In this document: in pieces, positions 1-9,744 of the stretch | How the letters are laid out: each line of letters begins with the position of its first letter | Position numbering within the stretch: the first letter of the stretch is position 1 | Sequence record: SRR20825019_659 | Length of the DNA: 37,804 nucleotides | Direction: 5' to 3' (one strand) | Position numbers and translations under genes: made by a program | The notes under the pieces: generated by a model | What the model was told of the DNA's origin: nothing | What the model saw: only the letters and a program-made list of their open reading frames with translations | The model's database searches: none

Positions 1-603
1 CCGCTGTCCAATCTCGATGCCAAGCTGCGCAACGAGTTGCGCTTCGAGATCAAGAAGCTTCATCAGGACCTCGGTAACACGATGATCTATGTCACCCATG
101 ACCAAATCGAGGCGCTGACACTGGCCGACCGGATCGCGATCATGCGTGACGGCAGGATCCAGCAACTCGCCACCCCGCACGAGATCTATCATCGTCCGGC
201 CAATCTTTTCGTCGCCGGCTTTATCGGCGCGCCGGCGATGAATTTTCTGTCGGGTGAGATCAGCCTGGACGGCCAGAGGGCATTTTTTGAAAGCGACGGC
301 CTCAGGATCGACCTCGATGCCTATCCGTTCATGCGCCCGCCGCAAGCCGGTCCGGCAACACTCGGCTTCCGGCCCGAACATCTAGTGCCCGAAGATACAA
401 CCGGCGATCTGCCCACCCTGAACGCCACGGTCAGCGTTGTCGAACCCATGGGCGCCGATGCGGTGATCTGGATTGATTTTGCCGGCCAGACGCTGTCGCT
501 CAGGATCATGGGCGACACGCAGCTTGTACCTGGCGCGGCCATCGTGCCGGGAATCGACCTTGCCAAGGCGTCGCTTTTCGATGCCACCGGCGACCGCCTC
601 TGA
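1..603 (+). CDS. Sugar ABC transporter ATP-binding protein, MalK/UgpC family (5' end outside the window)
   Basis: Frame is open from base 1: [10 protein letters not shown] (D-loop region), YVTHDQIEA (H-switch), [16 protein letters not shown] and a C-terminal TOBE-like region. Confidence 0.93.
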   Translation, partial: PLSNLDAKLRNELRFEIKKLHQDLGNTMIYVTHDQIEALTLADRIAIMRDGRIQQLATPHEIYHRPANLFVAGFIGAPAMNFLSGEISLDGQRAFFESDGLRIDLDAYPFMRPPQAGPATLGFRPEHLVPEDTTGDLPTLNATVSVVEPMGADAVIWIDFAGQTLSLRIMGDTQLVPGAAIVPGIDLAKASLFDATGDRL

Positions 604-635
604 CGTCCACGTCTTGGAATACGGAAAGAACAGTC

Positions 636-2288
636 ATGTCTGCCACCGAATATGATGCGCTGGTGATCGGCTCCGGCGCAGCCGGGTGCTTTGCCGCCCG
701 TGAACTGACCCGTCAGGGGTTAACGGTCCTGCTGCTTGAGGCCGGGCCCGCGCTTTCGCCCAGGGATTTCGATCCAGCGCGCCGCAAGCCGCCGGCAAGC
801 GGCATCAATATATGGGAGCGCGCCCGCGCCACGCTCAAGGGCCAGCCGGTCCAGGCGCGGGCGGCGTTCTTCTCCGAACGTTTCGGCCATTTCTACGTTA
901 ATGACCGCGAAAACCCCTATACGACACCGAAAGACGCACCGTTTTTATGGATCCGCGGCCGCCAGAGCGGCGGCCGGCTGCACAGTTTCGGCCGTGTTCT
1001 GCTGCGCTGGACGGATGATGATTTCAAGATCAGGACACGCACCGGCAAGGGCGAGGACTGGCCGCTGAGCTATGCGGAACTGTCGCCTTTCTATGACGAG
1101 GTCGAAGCCTGCCTCGGTCTTTACGGCAACACCGACCATGTGGACACGATGCCGGACGGCGTCTATAGCCACGCGGCGCAACTGACACCGGCGGAGGAAC
1201 TGTTCCGCCAGTCCGTTGAAGGCCGCTGGCCGCAACGCCGCGTCACCTCCTGGCGCTATATCGCCCCCGATATCGAGCGCACGCCGAAGCCGTTGCGCGA
1301 GGCCATGGCCACCGGGCTTTTGACCATCCGCAATGACGCCGTGGTGCGCCGGATCGTGACGGATGCGGCAGGCCGGCGCGCCACGGGCGCCGAATTCGTC
1401 GACCGCAATAGCGGAAGGCCGGAAACGGCGCGGGCCAGTCTCGTGGTCGTTTCCGCCTCGCCGATCGAAAGTGTGCGCCTGCTGTTAAACTCCGCATCGG
1501 AAAAACATCCGGAAGGGCTCGGTAATTCGTCGGGCGTGCTGGGGCGCTACTTCATGGACCAGCTTCCATGCCTGGCCTTCGGATCGTTCGCAAAAGCAAG
1601 CGGCTGGGCGCAGGACACCGCCGCTCCGAAAGACCCGTTCTACGATCCCTCCGGCGGCATCTTCCTTCCGCGTTTCGGCCATGACGATGCCGGGCGGGAC
1701 GATTTTATCTATCAGGGCAGCATCGGCCGCGTGCCGGTGGCCGAAGACGCGCCGTCGCGTTTTTCCTTCTTCGGCTTCGGACGGATGCTGCCGCATGAGG
1801 ACAACCGGATCACGCTTGACCGGCGCAAGACCGATGCCTGGAAAATTCCCGTGCCGCATATCCGCTGCACCATGCACGAGGAGGAACGGACGCTGTTGAA
1901 AAAGCAGGAGGAGACCATCCTCAGCGTGATCGGGGAAACCGGCGGCTCGGTCGACTTCATCGGTTCGCCCAACGGCTTCCGGGAAATGGGACAGGGGGCC
2001 TTTCCCGATGCCGATCCCTTCAGCCGCTGGATGTTCCGCACTTGGTTTTCGAAAACCATGTGCATGGGGGCCGCGATACACGAATCCGGCGGCGCGCGCA
2101 TGGGCGAGGACAGCGCGCGTTCCGTTCTCGATCCCTTTAATCGCTCCTGGGACATTCCCAACATGATCGTCACCGACGCATCCTCCTTTCCCGGAAGCGG
2201 TGTTGCCGGAACGACGCTCACCCTTATGGCGATGACGGTTCGGGCCTGCCGCAGCCTTGCCGCCGATTATGCCGCGGGCAGGGTCTAG
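636..2288 (+). CDS. GMC family FAD-dependent oxidoreductase
   Basis: N-terminal VIGSGAAG FAD motif; LLLNS, GRYFMD; C-terminal IHESGGARMG and DAS motifs. Confidence 0.92.
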   Translation: MSATEYDALVIGSGAAGCFAARELTRQGLTVLLLEAGPALSPRDFDPARRKPPASGINIWERARATLKGQPVQARAAFFSERFGHFYVNDRENPYTTPKDAPFLWIRGRQSGGRLHSFGRVLLRWTDDDFKIRTRTGKGEDWPLSYAELSPFYDEVEACLGLYGNTDHVDTMPDGVYSHAAQLTPAEELFRQSVEGRWPQRRVTSWRYIAPDIERTPKPLREAMATGLLTIRNDAVVRRIVTDAAGRRATGAEFVDRNSGRPETARASLVVVSASPIESVRLLLNSASEKHPEGLGNSSGVLGRYFMDQLPCLAFGSFAKASGWAQDTAAPKDPFYDPSGGIFLPRFGHDDAGRDDFIYQGSIGRVPVAEDAPSRFSFFGFGRMLPHEDNRITLDRRKTDAWKIPVPHIRCTMHEEERTLLKKQEETILSVIGETGGSVDFIGSPNGFREMGQGAFPDADPFSRWMFRTWFSKTMCMGAAIHESGGARMGEDSARSVLDPFNRSWDIPNMIVTDASSFPGSGVAGTTLTLMAMTVRACRSLAADYAAGRV

Positions 2289-2291
2289 GCC

Positions 2292-3668
2292 ATGGAGCAT
2301 TCAACCTCCCCGGACCTGCGCGGAAAGGTCTTGCGCGCAACCTTCGCCCATGCGCCTGTCGAAGGCGAGATTGAAATTCTGGACGATGGCCTGCTCGATA
2401 TCGACGAAGACGGCGTCATCACATCCGTCGTCAGGCCGGGCGAGGCGGAATACGAGCCGCTTTTGAGATCGGCCACAAGGGCGGGGCGGCTGGAGCGTGC
2501 CGGCGGGCTGATCGTGCCCGGCTTTGTCGATCTTCACATTCACGCCCCGCAATATCCCCAGCTTGGCGCGGCGCTCGATGCCCCGCTGGAGGTCTGGCTC
2601 GGCAAATACACATTTCCACTGGAAGCGCGCTATGCCGACCTTGCCTTTGCCCGAAGGGTCTACGGCGTTCTTGTTGACGATCTGATCGCAAACGGCACGA
2701 CGACGGCGCTGATGTTCGCCACGATCCACGCCGATGCTACCCGGATTCTGGCCGATATCGCGCTTGAGAAGGGGCTGCGCGGCCTGATCGGCAAGGTCGC
2801 GATGGACGATCCCGCGACCTGTCCGCCGGAACTTCGGGATGCCTCCCCGGATGCGGCGATTGCCGGCACCCAAAGCGTGATCGACCATATTTTCAGCCAC
2901 CCCGACAATGCGGCCGGCCGGGTTTTGCCGGTCGTTACACCGCGGTTCATCCCGAGCTGCACCGATGCCGCGCTGGAAGGCCTCGGCGCGCTGGCCCAAA
3001 GCTGCGGCTGCCATGTTCAGACCCATTGCTCGGAAAGCGACTGGGCGCATGGCTATGTGCTGGAGCGGATGGGGCGCACCGATGCCGAGGCGCTTGATGG
3101 TTTCGGCCTCCTCGGCAGACGCTCTGTGCTTGCCCATGGCGGTTTTCTTACGGATGACGATATGGCGCTGGTCGCCAGGCGCGGCGGCGGAATTGCCCAT
3201 TGCCCGATCTCGAATGCCTATTTCGGCAATGCCGTGTTTCCCTTGCTCGCCGCGCTGAACAAGGGGCTTCATATCGGTCTGGGCACCGATATTTCCGGCG
3301 GTCCGATTTCATCGATCTTCGACGCCATGCGCATGAGTGTCGCCGCCGCGCGGATGCTGGAAGACGGTGTCGACCCGGCGCTTCCATCCGACCGGCGCGG
3401 GCGGCCACATTCGCGCATCGACTGGCAGACGGCATTTCATCTGGCAACGGCGGGCGGCGGAAAAACACTGGATCTGCCGGTTGGCCTGTTTGCCCCCGGC
3501 TATCGGTTCGACGCCCTCGTGCTCGACCCGCATGCCAAAGCCGGTTCGGTGCGGCTGTTCGATGCGCTTTCGCCGCAGGATGTTCTCGCCCGAACGGTCT
3601 ACAATGCCAACCGGCACAATATCGCCGGCGTGTTCATCGATGGCGTGGAGCGCAAAACCCCGGCGTGA
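2292..3668 (+). CDS. guaD: Guanine deaminase (amidohydrolase)
   Basis: PGFVDLHIHAPQY metal motif, VTPRFIPSCT, QTHCSE, HCPISN, GLGTDISGG; starts 3 bp after the GMC stop. Confidence 0.88.
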   Translation: MEHSTSPDLRGKVLRATFAHAPVEGEIEILDDGLLDIDEDGVITSVVRPGEAEYEPLLRSATRAGRLERAGGLIVPGFVDLHIHAPQYPQLGAALDAPLEVWLGKYTFPLEARYADLAFARRVYGVLVDDLIANGTTTALMFATIHADATRILADIALEKGLRGLIGKVAMDDPATCPPELRDASPDAAIAGTQSVIDHIFSHPDNAAGRVLPVVTPRFIPSCTDAALEGLGALAQSCGCHVQTHCSESDWAHGYVLERMGRTDAEALDGFGLLGRRSVLAHGGFLTDDDMALVARRGGGIAHCPISNAYFGNAVFPLLAALNKGLHIGLGTDISGGPISSIFDAMRMSVAAARMLEDGVDPALPSDRRGRPHSRIDWQTAFHLATAGGGKTLDLPVGLFAPGYRFDALVLDPHAKAGSVRLFDALSPQDVLARTVYNANRHNIAGVFIDGVERKTPA

Positions 3669-3868
3669 CGGCAGTCGCGCGGTATCTGCCTTCTCAAGGC
3701 GACACAAGCGGCAATCGAGGTCTGTGGTGGGTCCGGGGTTTGTCTGTTGTTGAGAGTTGTGGTCGGGCGCAGCAGGCCCCCAAACGTATAGTCCTTGATC
3801 ATCGCCCGCACACGGCAGTTGATCTTCCACTTCTGAAACGAAGGCCCGGTCGCTGAAGCTGCAGCGCC

Positions 3869-4776
3869 TCATGTTGATGCCATTCCGGTCTGGCATGTTT
3901 TAATGAATGCCCTCAGCGGGGCAGGTGTGAAGCGGCTTGGGTAATAGAGGTGGGCCCCTCTTGATCGCGCCACCAATCCGCAAGGACCGGAACAAGGGCA
4001 CCGGCGGAGAAGTCGTCTTCCAGCCAGTTGCGGAACGTCCCGACGATTCCCAACCCGGCCCGGGCGTAGCTCAGACCGGTGTTCATGGCGTTTACGCTGA
4101 TCGTGAGCCGCGTGACCGGTTCCACACGCATGGTTTTGTTCCCGTTTCCCAACCTCCATGGTAGGAGCGATCCCCCATGAAGCCGATAACGGATGGCATC
4201 GTGGAGTGTCAGCTCACCAGGGGTTCGCGGGCAGCCGCGTTCCTCGAGATAGGCGGGTGCCGCCGCCAGCGTGAGCTGCTGGAGACGCGGACCGATGGGA
4301 ACCGAGATCATGTCCTTTTCCAGGGACGCTCCATAACGGATCCCTGCGTCGCATCCCGATGCGACAATATCAACGAGATCGTTCTCCACGACGATTTCGA
4401 CTTCCACCTCCGGATGTTCGCGCTGAAACCTTGTGAGAAGAGGCGGCAGGATATCCGGCATGACCGCGCCGGGAACGTTCAGCTTCAACCGACCCCGTAC
4501 GCGATCCGTGGAGCTCGCCGCTTCCACGCAGGCTCGATCCATCTCCGCCAATAGCGGCGCGACACGGTCCGCCAGGGCTCGACCCTGTTCAGTTGCCCGG
4601 ACGCTTCGGGTTGTGCGTATAAGAAGCGGCACACCGAGTTCGGCCTCAATCCGCGAAACGGTGGTGCTGATCTTCGAAGGGGCGACGCCAAGATGCTTGG
4701 CTGCCGCACGGAAGCCCCCTTCATCCAGCACAGCCAGAAATACCGAGAGATCATTTGGGGAAACACTGTTCTTCAT
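3869..4776 (-). pseudogene. LysR family regulator with a single-base frameshift near the C-terminus
   Basis: LysR HTH (FRAAAKHLGVAPSKIS...LLIRTTRSV). The in-frame ORF stops at 3913, but the typical tail HLYYPSRFTPAPLRAFI lies in another frame ending at 3869; one extra C at ~3953 restores it. May be a sequencing error. Confidence 0.8.
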
Positions 4777-4898
4777 GGAGAACAACCTATTCCAAAAACT
4801 CCGGCTTATCAAAGCTCAAGAGAACAGCCATTTTGGTTTTTATCCTCACAAGCCGGCGGTTTGACCAGCCCCGGCGGAAAACTCCAGGAGACCAAACC

Positions 4899-5762
4899 GT
4901 GCTGATCGTTACAGGTGCCTCCGGCCAACTCGGCCGCAAGATCGTCCACAATCTATTGCTCCACACGCCCGCCGGACATATCGGTGTCAGCGTCCGCGAT
5001 CCGGCAAGGGGAGCAGATCTTTCGGCGCTTGGCGTGCGGGTCCGCCGGGGGGATTATGATGATCCAGAGAGCCTTCGCCATGCATGGGAGGGTGCAGAAC
5101 GTCTGCTGCTTGTTTCGTCAAATGCGGCGGCGACTGGCGGCGATCCGCTGAAGCAACATGCTACGGCGCTGGCCGAAGCGCGTCGAATTGGCGCGGAGCG
5201 GGTCCTCTACACCAGCCAGATGTCCAGTTCCTCAAGCTCTCGTTTCCCGCCTGGCCGGGCGCACGCCGCCGTTGAGACGATGTTGGCGGGTTCGGGTCTC
5301 GCCTGGATGGCCTTGCGCCACGGTTTCTATGCGGCAAGCGCGCTCATGATGAATGCCCGTGGCTTGAAAGCCGGGGCGCTGGCCGCGCCGCAGGATGGCA
5401 AAGTGGCCTGGACAACGCACGACGATCTGGCCGCGGTCGACGCCGCCCTGCTGGCCGGGTTCGACGTGATCGACGGCCCGACCCCGCCGCTTACAGGCGG
5501 CGAGGCTCTGGATCTTGCCGACCTCGCACAACTGGCGAGCGAGGCCACGGGAAAGCCGATTTCACGTACGGTCATCAGCGAGGAGGAAATGGAAGCGAAT
5601 GCCCGAAAGGGCAAAGTTCCCGAAGGCTCCATAGCGGTCGTGCTCGGTTACTTTCGCGCTGCTAGGGCGGGCGAGTTCGCAGCTGTCGATCCAACACTTG
5701 GCAGGATCCTGGATCGCGCGCCGGAGACTATGCGGTCCTTTATGAAGACGAATCTCGTCTGA
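4899..5762 (+). CDS. NmrA / atypical SDR NAD(P)-binding oxidoreductase
   Basis: GTG start after AGGAG; VTGASGQLG Rossmann motif, VRRGDYDD; divergent from the LysR gene. Confidence 0.88.
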   Translation: MLIVTGASGQLGRKIVHNLLLHTPAGHIGVSVRDPARGADLSALGVRVRRGDYDDPESLRHAWEGAERLLLVSSNAAATGGDPLKQHATALAEARRIGAERVLYTSQMSSSSSSRFPPGRAHAAVETMLAGSGLAWMALRHGFYAASALMMNARGLKAGALAAPQDGKVAWTTHDDLAAVDAALLAGFDVIDGPTPPLTGGEALDLADLAQLASEATGKPISRTVISEEEMEANARKGKVPEGSIAVVLGYFRAARAGEFAAVDPTLGRILDRAPETMRSFMKTNLV

Positions 5763-5909
5763 AGCGGTTTCCCGCATATCCCGGCCGCCAAACGAACGAC
5801 CGGTCCACCGGGTCGCCGTCGTCTTATACATCCCATACATGAGGTTGCTGCTCCCCTCGGCGGGTGAGACTATCCGCCGTGGTTTGTCGAAGACCTAAGG
5901 AGAGCAGCG

Positions 5910-6853
5910 ATGGAATATTACGTTGGATTGGACGTCAGCCTCAAGAGCACACATATCTGCGTTATGGACCTGGAACGGCAGGTGGTGTGGCGCGGGAGGG
6001 CGGATACGCAGCCGTTGATGATCGCGGAACGGCTGGCGAGATGGAAAGGTCATCTGGCGAAAGTCGGTCTTGAGACAGGTTCGATGACGCCTTGGCTCTA
6101 CCACGAACTGAAGGCTCTGGGGGTTCCTGTGGTCTGCATGGATGCGCGGCGCGCCGCGGACGCCGTGAAGGCTCGGCCTGAGAAGACGGACAAGGCGGAT
6201 GCGCAGGCGCTTGCCGAGATGCTGGCGAGCGGCTGGTATTCAACGGTTCATGTGAAGACAATGGAAAGCCACCGACTGAAGGCGCTGTTGGGAGCACGCG
6301 AGCAGTTGGTCAACGTGAAGCGCCAGTTTTACGGCCAGATCCGAGGGCTTTTGCGTCCGTTCGGCATCAAGATCTCGACACGCTTGTGCGGGTTGAGGCC
6401 GAATTGGTCGGCCTCGACAAGAAGGTGCGCCAGATTACTGCAGCATCGAAGCCATGCTGGCATCTGATGTCGGTGCCAGGTGTTGGGCCGCTGACCTCTC
6501 TGGCCTTCGTGGCGACGGTGGAAGACCCCGGGCGGTTTCGAACAGCCAGGTCCATCGGTTGCTATATCGGCCTGACGCCAAGGAGGTATCAATCCGGCGA
6601 TCGGGATGTGACAGGCTCGATCTCCAAGCAGGGCGACGAGATGTTGCGGCACTACCTGTATGAGGCGGCGGGCTGCCTGCTGACGACAGTGACCGCACCG
6701 TCCGCTCTGCGAAGCTGGGGTTTGAGGCTGGCCAGGCGGCTGGGTCCCAAGCGTGCACGGACGGCGGTCGCCCGCAAACTGGCGGTGCTGCCGCTTGGGC
6801 TTTGGAAAAGGGAGGATCATTTCCGCGCAGTGCCCGGCGGAAAGGCTTTTTAG
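5910..6853 (+). pseudogene. IS110 family transposase/recombinase, internally deleted and frameshifted at ~6375
   Basis: N-terminal half has GLDVS, GLETG, KTDKAD (DEDD); C-terminal half has SVPGVGP, IGLTPRRYQSG, GSISKQG, AVARKLA in a different frame. Confidence 0.9.
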
Positions 6854-7110
6854 AAACCGAGATCGAGAAGTTCGTTCGCAGGCAAATCCTCAGTGTCCAT
6901 GAGGTAAAGCGACCGGACCGGGAAGGACGAATGCGAGACAGTTGGATGCGGATCAAGGACCGCGTTTAATACACTGCATCGGCCCCTGTATGCGAAGCGA
7001 AAAGCCCTGGATAGTGGTGGCGGACAAGGACATGCCGCACACCGAAGAGAACCATGGGACGCTTGCTATGCTTCGACCGGATTGGACAAAGGAAAAGCGA
7101 ACAAAAATCT
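6854..7110 (+). ncRNA. Candidate bridge/seek RNA in the IS110 3' non-coding end
   Basis: About 260 nt non-coding segment inside the IS, with several short stems; AGAGAACCA (7046-7054) is identical to the right junction (7130-7138) and TATG (7067-7070) is complementary to core+left end CATA. Boundaries approximate. Confidence 0.6.
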
Positions 7111-7257
7111 TGACGCAGCAGCCAAATGTAGAGAACCAGCGCCCAACGTTCAGAACTCACGAGCCGATTTCGGCGGCGACGACAGGATCGCGATGTTGCC
7201 GGGGACAACGAAACTGCTTGCCACCGTTGGAAGCCTTCAGCCAATGCGAAGACTGCC

Positions 7258-8154
7258 TCACCGCAATGCCAAATCCCCGGTGAAGGATACCACACGCACG
7301 AACGCCCGTACGACCGGGCGCATGAACTTCGTAGATGGGTATGCCAGGAATACATCGGTCGGCTTTACCTCATAATCGGCCAGGACGCGCGCGAGACGTC
7401 CATCGGCCAGCTCATCGGCAACGAGGATCACCTGAACCGGACCGGCTCCGCGCCCTGCCAGCAAACTGGCCTTGATAACCTGCGCGTTGTTGGTTCTGAG
7501 TACGGGCTGGACTTGTACCTCGAAATTCGTATCGCCCTGGCAGACCGTGAGCGTGTCGCGCGGCGATAGAATAGTCGTCGTCGTGACGATGCCCATGGCC
7601 GAAAATCGCTCCAGACTGTCGATCGGCCCATTCCGTTGCAGGTATTCAGGGGAGGCCGCGAGGATGCGGCGTATCGAGCCTATCCGGCGGATAATCAACG
7701 CCTGACTTTCCGGCTTTCCATACCGCACTGCGAGGTCGAAATTTTCGTAGATCAAATCGACGTGGCGATTGTCGAGAACAAGGTCCACCACGACGGCCGG
7801 GTGCTCGTCCTGAAACTCCATCACCATACGGTGAAGATGCTCGGCTCCCAGACAGGAAGGCGCGTGTACTCTGAGCGTGCCTTCGACTTCTCCCATATCG
7901 CGGCGAACGCCCTCAATAGCGGCTTCTATGGAGGCCAGCGCTGTGCGGCTCGCTTCGTAGAGCGCCAGACCGTGGGCTGTCGGACGGACGGATCGCGATG
8001 AACGTTCCAGCAGGCGCGCACTGACGTGATGTTCAAGGTTGCGGAGGTGTTTGGTTACGGCTGGCTGCGATATGCCGAGGTCGCGGGCAGCGCCTGTCAT
8101 CGACCCCTTTTCCACGGTTCTGACGAAGGCGCGCAAGGCGGCGTTGATGTCCAT
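7258..8154 (-). CDS. LysR family transcriptional regulator
   Basis: MDINAALRAFVRTVEKGSMTGAARDLGISQPAVTK HTH; VDLIYENFDLAVR; AYPSTKFMRPVVRAFV. Start set at ATG 8154. Confidence 0.92.
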   Translation of the reverse strand: MDINAALRAFVRTVEKGSMTGAARDLGISQPAVTKHLRNLEHHVSARLLERSSRSVRPTAHGLALYEASRTALASIEAAIEGVRRDMGEVEGTLRVHAPSCLGAEHLHRMVMEFQDEHPAVVVDLVLDNRHVDLIYENFDLAVRYGKPESQALIIRRIGSIRRILAASPEYLQRNGPIDSLERFSAMGIVTTTTILSPRDTLTVCQGDTNFEVQVQPVLRTNNAQVIKASLLAGRGAGPVQVILVADELADGRLARVLADYEVKPTDVFLAYPSTKFMRPVVRAFVRVVSFTGDLALR

Positions 8155-8263
8155 ACATATCTCTTGGTTATGAGAAAAATCAAACCATAGCGAATAGACA
8201 TCATTCTCGCTACCTGTCTTATACCTGCAAACAACCATCATCGCCGAAGGAGTGAGTATTCAG

Positions 8264-8947
8264 ATGTCGATAAGCAGGCGTACTTTTATGATCGGATTTC
8301 CGCTGCTTGCAGGGGGCTGTACCTCTATTGAGTCTGCCGCAGTTGTTGAGCCGATTTCCAATATCCCCGCCAACAACGAAGCGTATCGGGCGATGTATGG
8401 CGAGATAACGACCGAACCATATCCGGTTCATGCGGTTGATGTTGAGAAAGTGGATCCGAAGTTCCTGCGGCAAGAAGTGTCCTATGCGACCGAATATGCG
8501 CCCGGAACCGTCGTCGTGGACCCCAATGAGCGTTTCCTCTACCTGGTTCGGGAAAATGGTCGCGCATTGCGCTATGGCGTCGGCGTCGGAAAAGTCGAGG
8601 CGTTTAATTTTCAGGGCGAGGCGACAATCGCCGCGAAAAAGGAATGGCCGGGGTGGAAACCCACGCCCGACATGATCGCCCGCGAGCCGGATCGCTACGG
8701 ACCGTTGAAGGACGGTTTGCCGGGCGGCGAGAAAAGTCCGCTCGGCCCTCGGGCGCTGTATCTTTTCCGCGACGGCTACGATACCTACTATCGCCTGCAT
8801 GGCACTGTCGAGCCATGGACGATCGGAACAAAGGTTTCGTCGGGCTGTGTCCGTTTGTTCAATCAGGACATCATTGATCTTTACGGTCGCGTTCCGGTGA
8901 GCTCCAAAGCTATTGTCCTGCCGGTCGTGGCCACAGCGACAACATAA
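8264..8947 (+). CDS. L,D-transpeptidase (YkuD/ErfK family), probable Tat lipoprotein
   Basis: SRRTFM twin-arginine motif and LAGGC lipobox; RYGVGVG, PLGPRALY; catalytic HGT...SSGCVR. Confidence 0.92.
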   Translation: MSISRRTFMIGFPLLAGGCTSIESAAVVEPISNIPANNEAYRAMYGEITTEPYPVHAVDVEKVDPKFLRQEVSYATEYAPGTVVVDPNERFLYLVRENGRALRYGVGVGKVEAFNFQGEATIAAKKEWPGWKPTPDMIAREPDRYGPLKDGLPGGEKSPLGPRALYLFRDGYDTYYRLHGTVEPWTIGTKVSSGCVRLFNQDIIDLYGRVPVSSKAIVLPVVATATT

Positions 8948-9048
8948 GAGGCCATCGTCAACGGCAAGCAAAACAACTCCGCCACATGCCCCGTTTGCTC
9001 GATGAGACCTTCAGGTGAAGAATGTAAGCGTTCTGCGCCAGTGAATTT

Positions 9049-9073
9049 GCACCAGAACCAAGGGTTCTGGTGC
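9049..9073. terminator. Hairpin between convergent genes (possible terminator)
   Basis: GCACCAGAACC-aag-GGTTCTGGTGC: perfect 11 bp stem, no clear U tract. Confidence 0.4.
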
Positions 9074-9169
9074 CGCGCACAGCCTATGGCTCTCCGCACC
9101 TTTGCCAATTGTGCTGAAGCGCACGCCGCGCCGGAAGAATAGCCCGCGCGGTCAGGGAGAGGTCATCTG

Positions 9170-9744
9170 TCATGCCAGTTCGGCAAAGATAGCATCGCCA
9201 CCTGCATAAATGGCATTGCTGTCGATGATCCGGCTGCCTCTGGTGTTCCTCACAACCAGTTGCGGCACACCGCGTATGCCGAGCGCATCCATTTCCTTGA
9301 GGGCTTTTGCAACCCGCCTGCCTTCGCCACGGCCGCCGCAATATCGGCCACGACCGCGGTACGCGACGTGTCCTTGCCATCGATATAGCGGGCGGTTTGT
9401 GCGGCATGAAGAAAGTGCGGTTCCAGCGCGGGATATTCCTGCCCGAGTGCCACAAGCGCGGCGGTCAATGCCCGCGAGGAGAACACCCCGTTGACAGCCA
9501 GAAGCACATTGGCGTGATAGGTCTCGGTAAAGGTCTGGCCGGTCAGCCGCGCGATGCGCTGATCGTTCGTCCATGCGTGATTGGCTATGGCAAAGATCGG
9601 ACGCGGGTCAACGAAAAGGCCGGTCGGCATCATCGTCAGCTGTCCGCCATGTGTCTCGGCAAGGCTAGCCAGCGCTGGCGCGGCGGCATAACACCAGCCG
9701 CACAGAGGATCGAAAAAATACAGCAGGTTGAATGTCTGGGTCAT
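9170..9744 (-). pseudogene. DsbA family (thioredoxin-fold) protein, frameshifted at ~9315
   Basis: YFFDPLCGWCY CxxC motif; the C-terminal LGIRGVPQLVV cis-Pro motif lies in another frame; RBS AAAGGA before ATG 9744. Confidence 0.8.

Larger units (their letters stand above)
5836..7138 (+). mobile_element. IS110-family insertion sequence (IS1111-like layout: short left end, long 3' non-coding end)
   Basis: DEDD transposase; imperfect inverted repeat TACATGAGGTTGCTGC (5836-5851) / GCAGCAGCCAAATGTA (7115-7130), 13/16 matching; CA dinucleotide at both inferred junctions (5834-5835, 7137-7138). Exact ends are inferred. Confidence 0.8.

Noticed and set aside
3690-3868. Possible gene or IS remnant between guaD and LysR
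   Set aside because: No frame gave a motif I could recognise.
6360-6400. Programmed frameshift joining the two IS110 ORFs
   Set aside because: No slippery heptamer; IS110 enzymes are single-ORF; sequence appears to be missing.
8948-9020. EAIVNGKQ after the transpeptidase stop, reminiscent of serine recombinase C-termini
   Set aside because: Too short to tell from chance.
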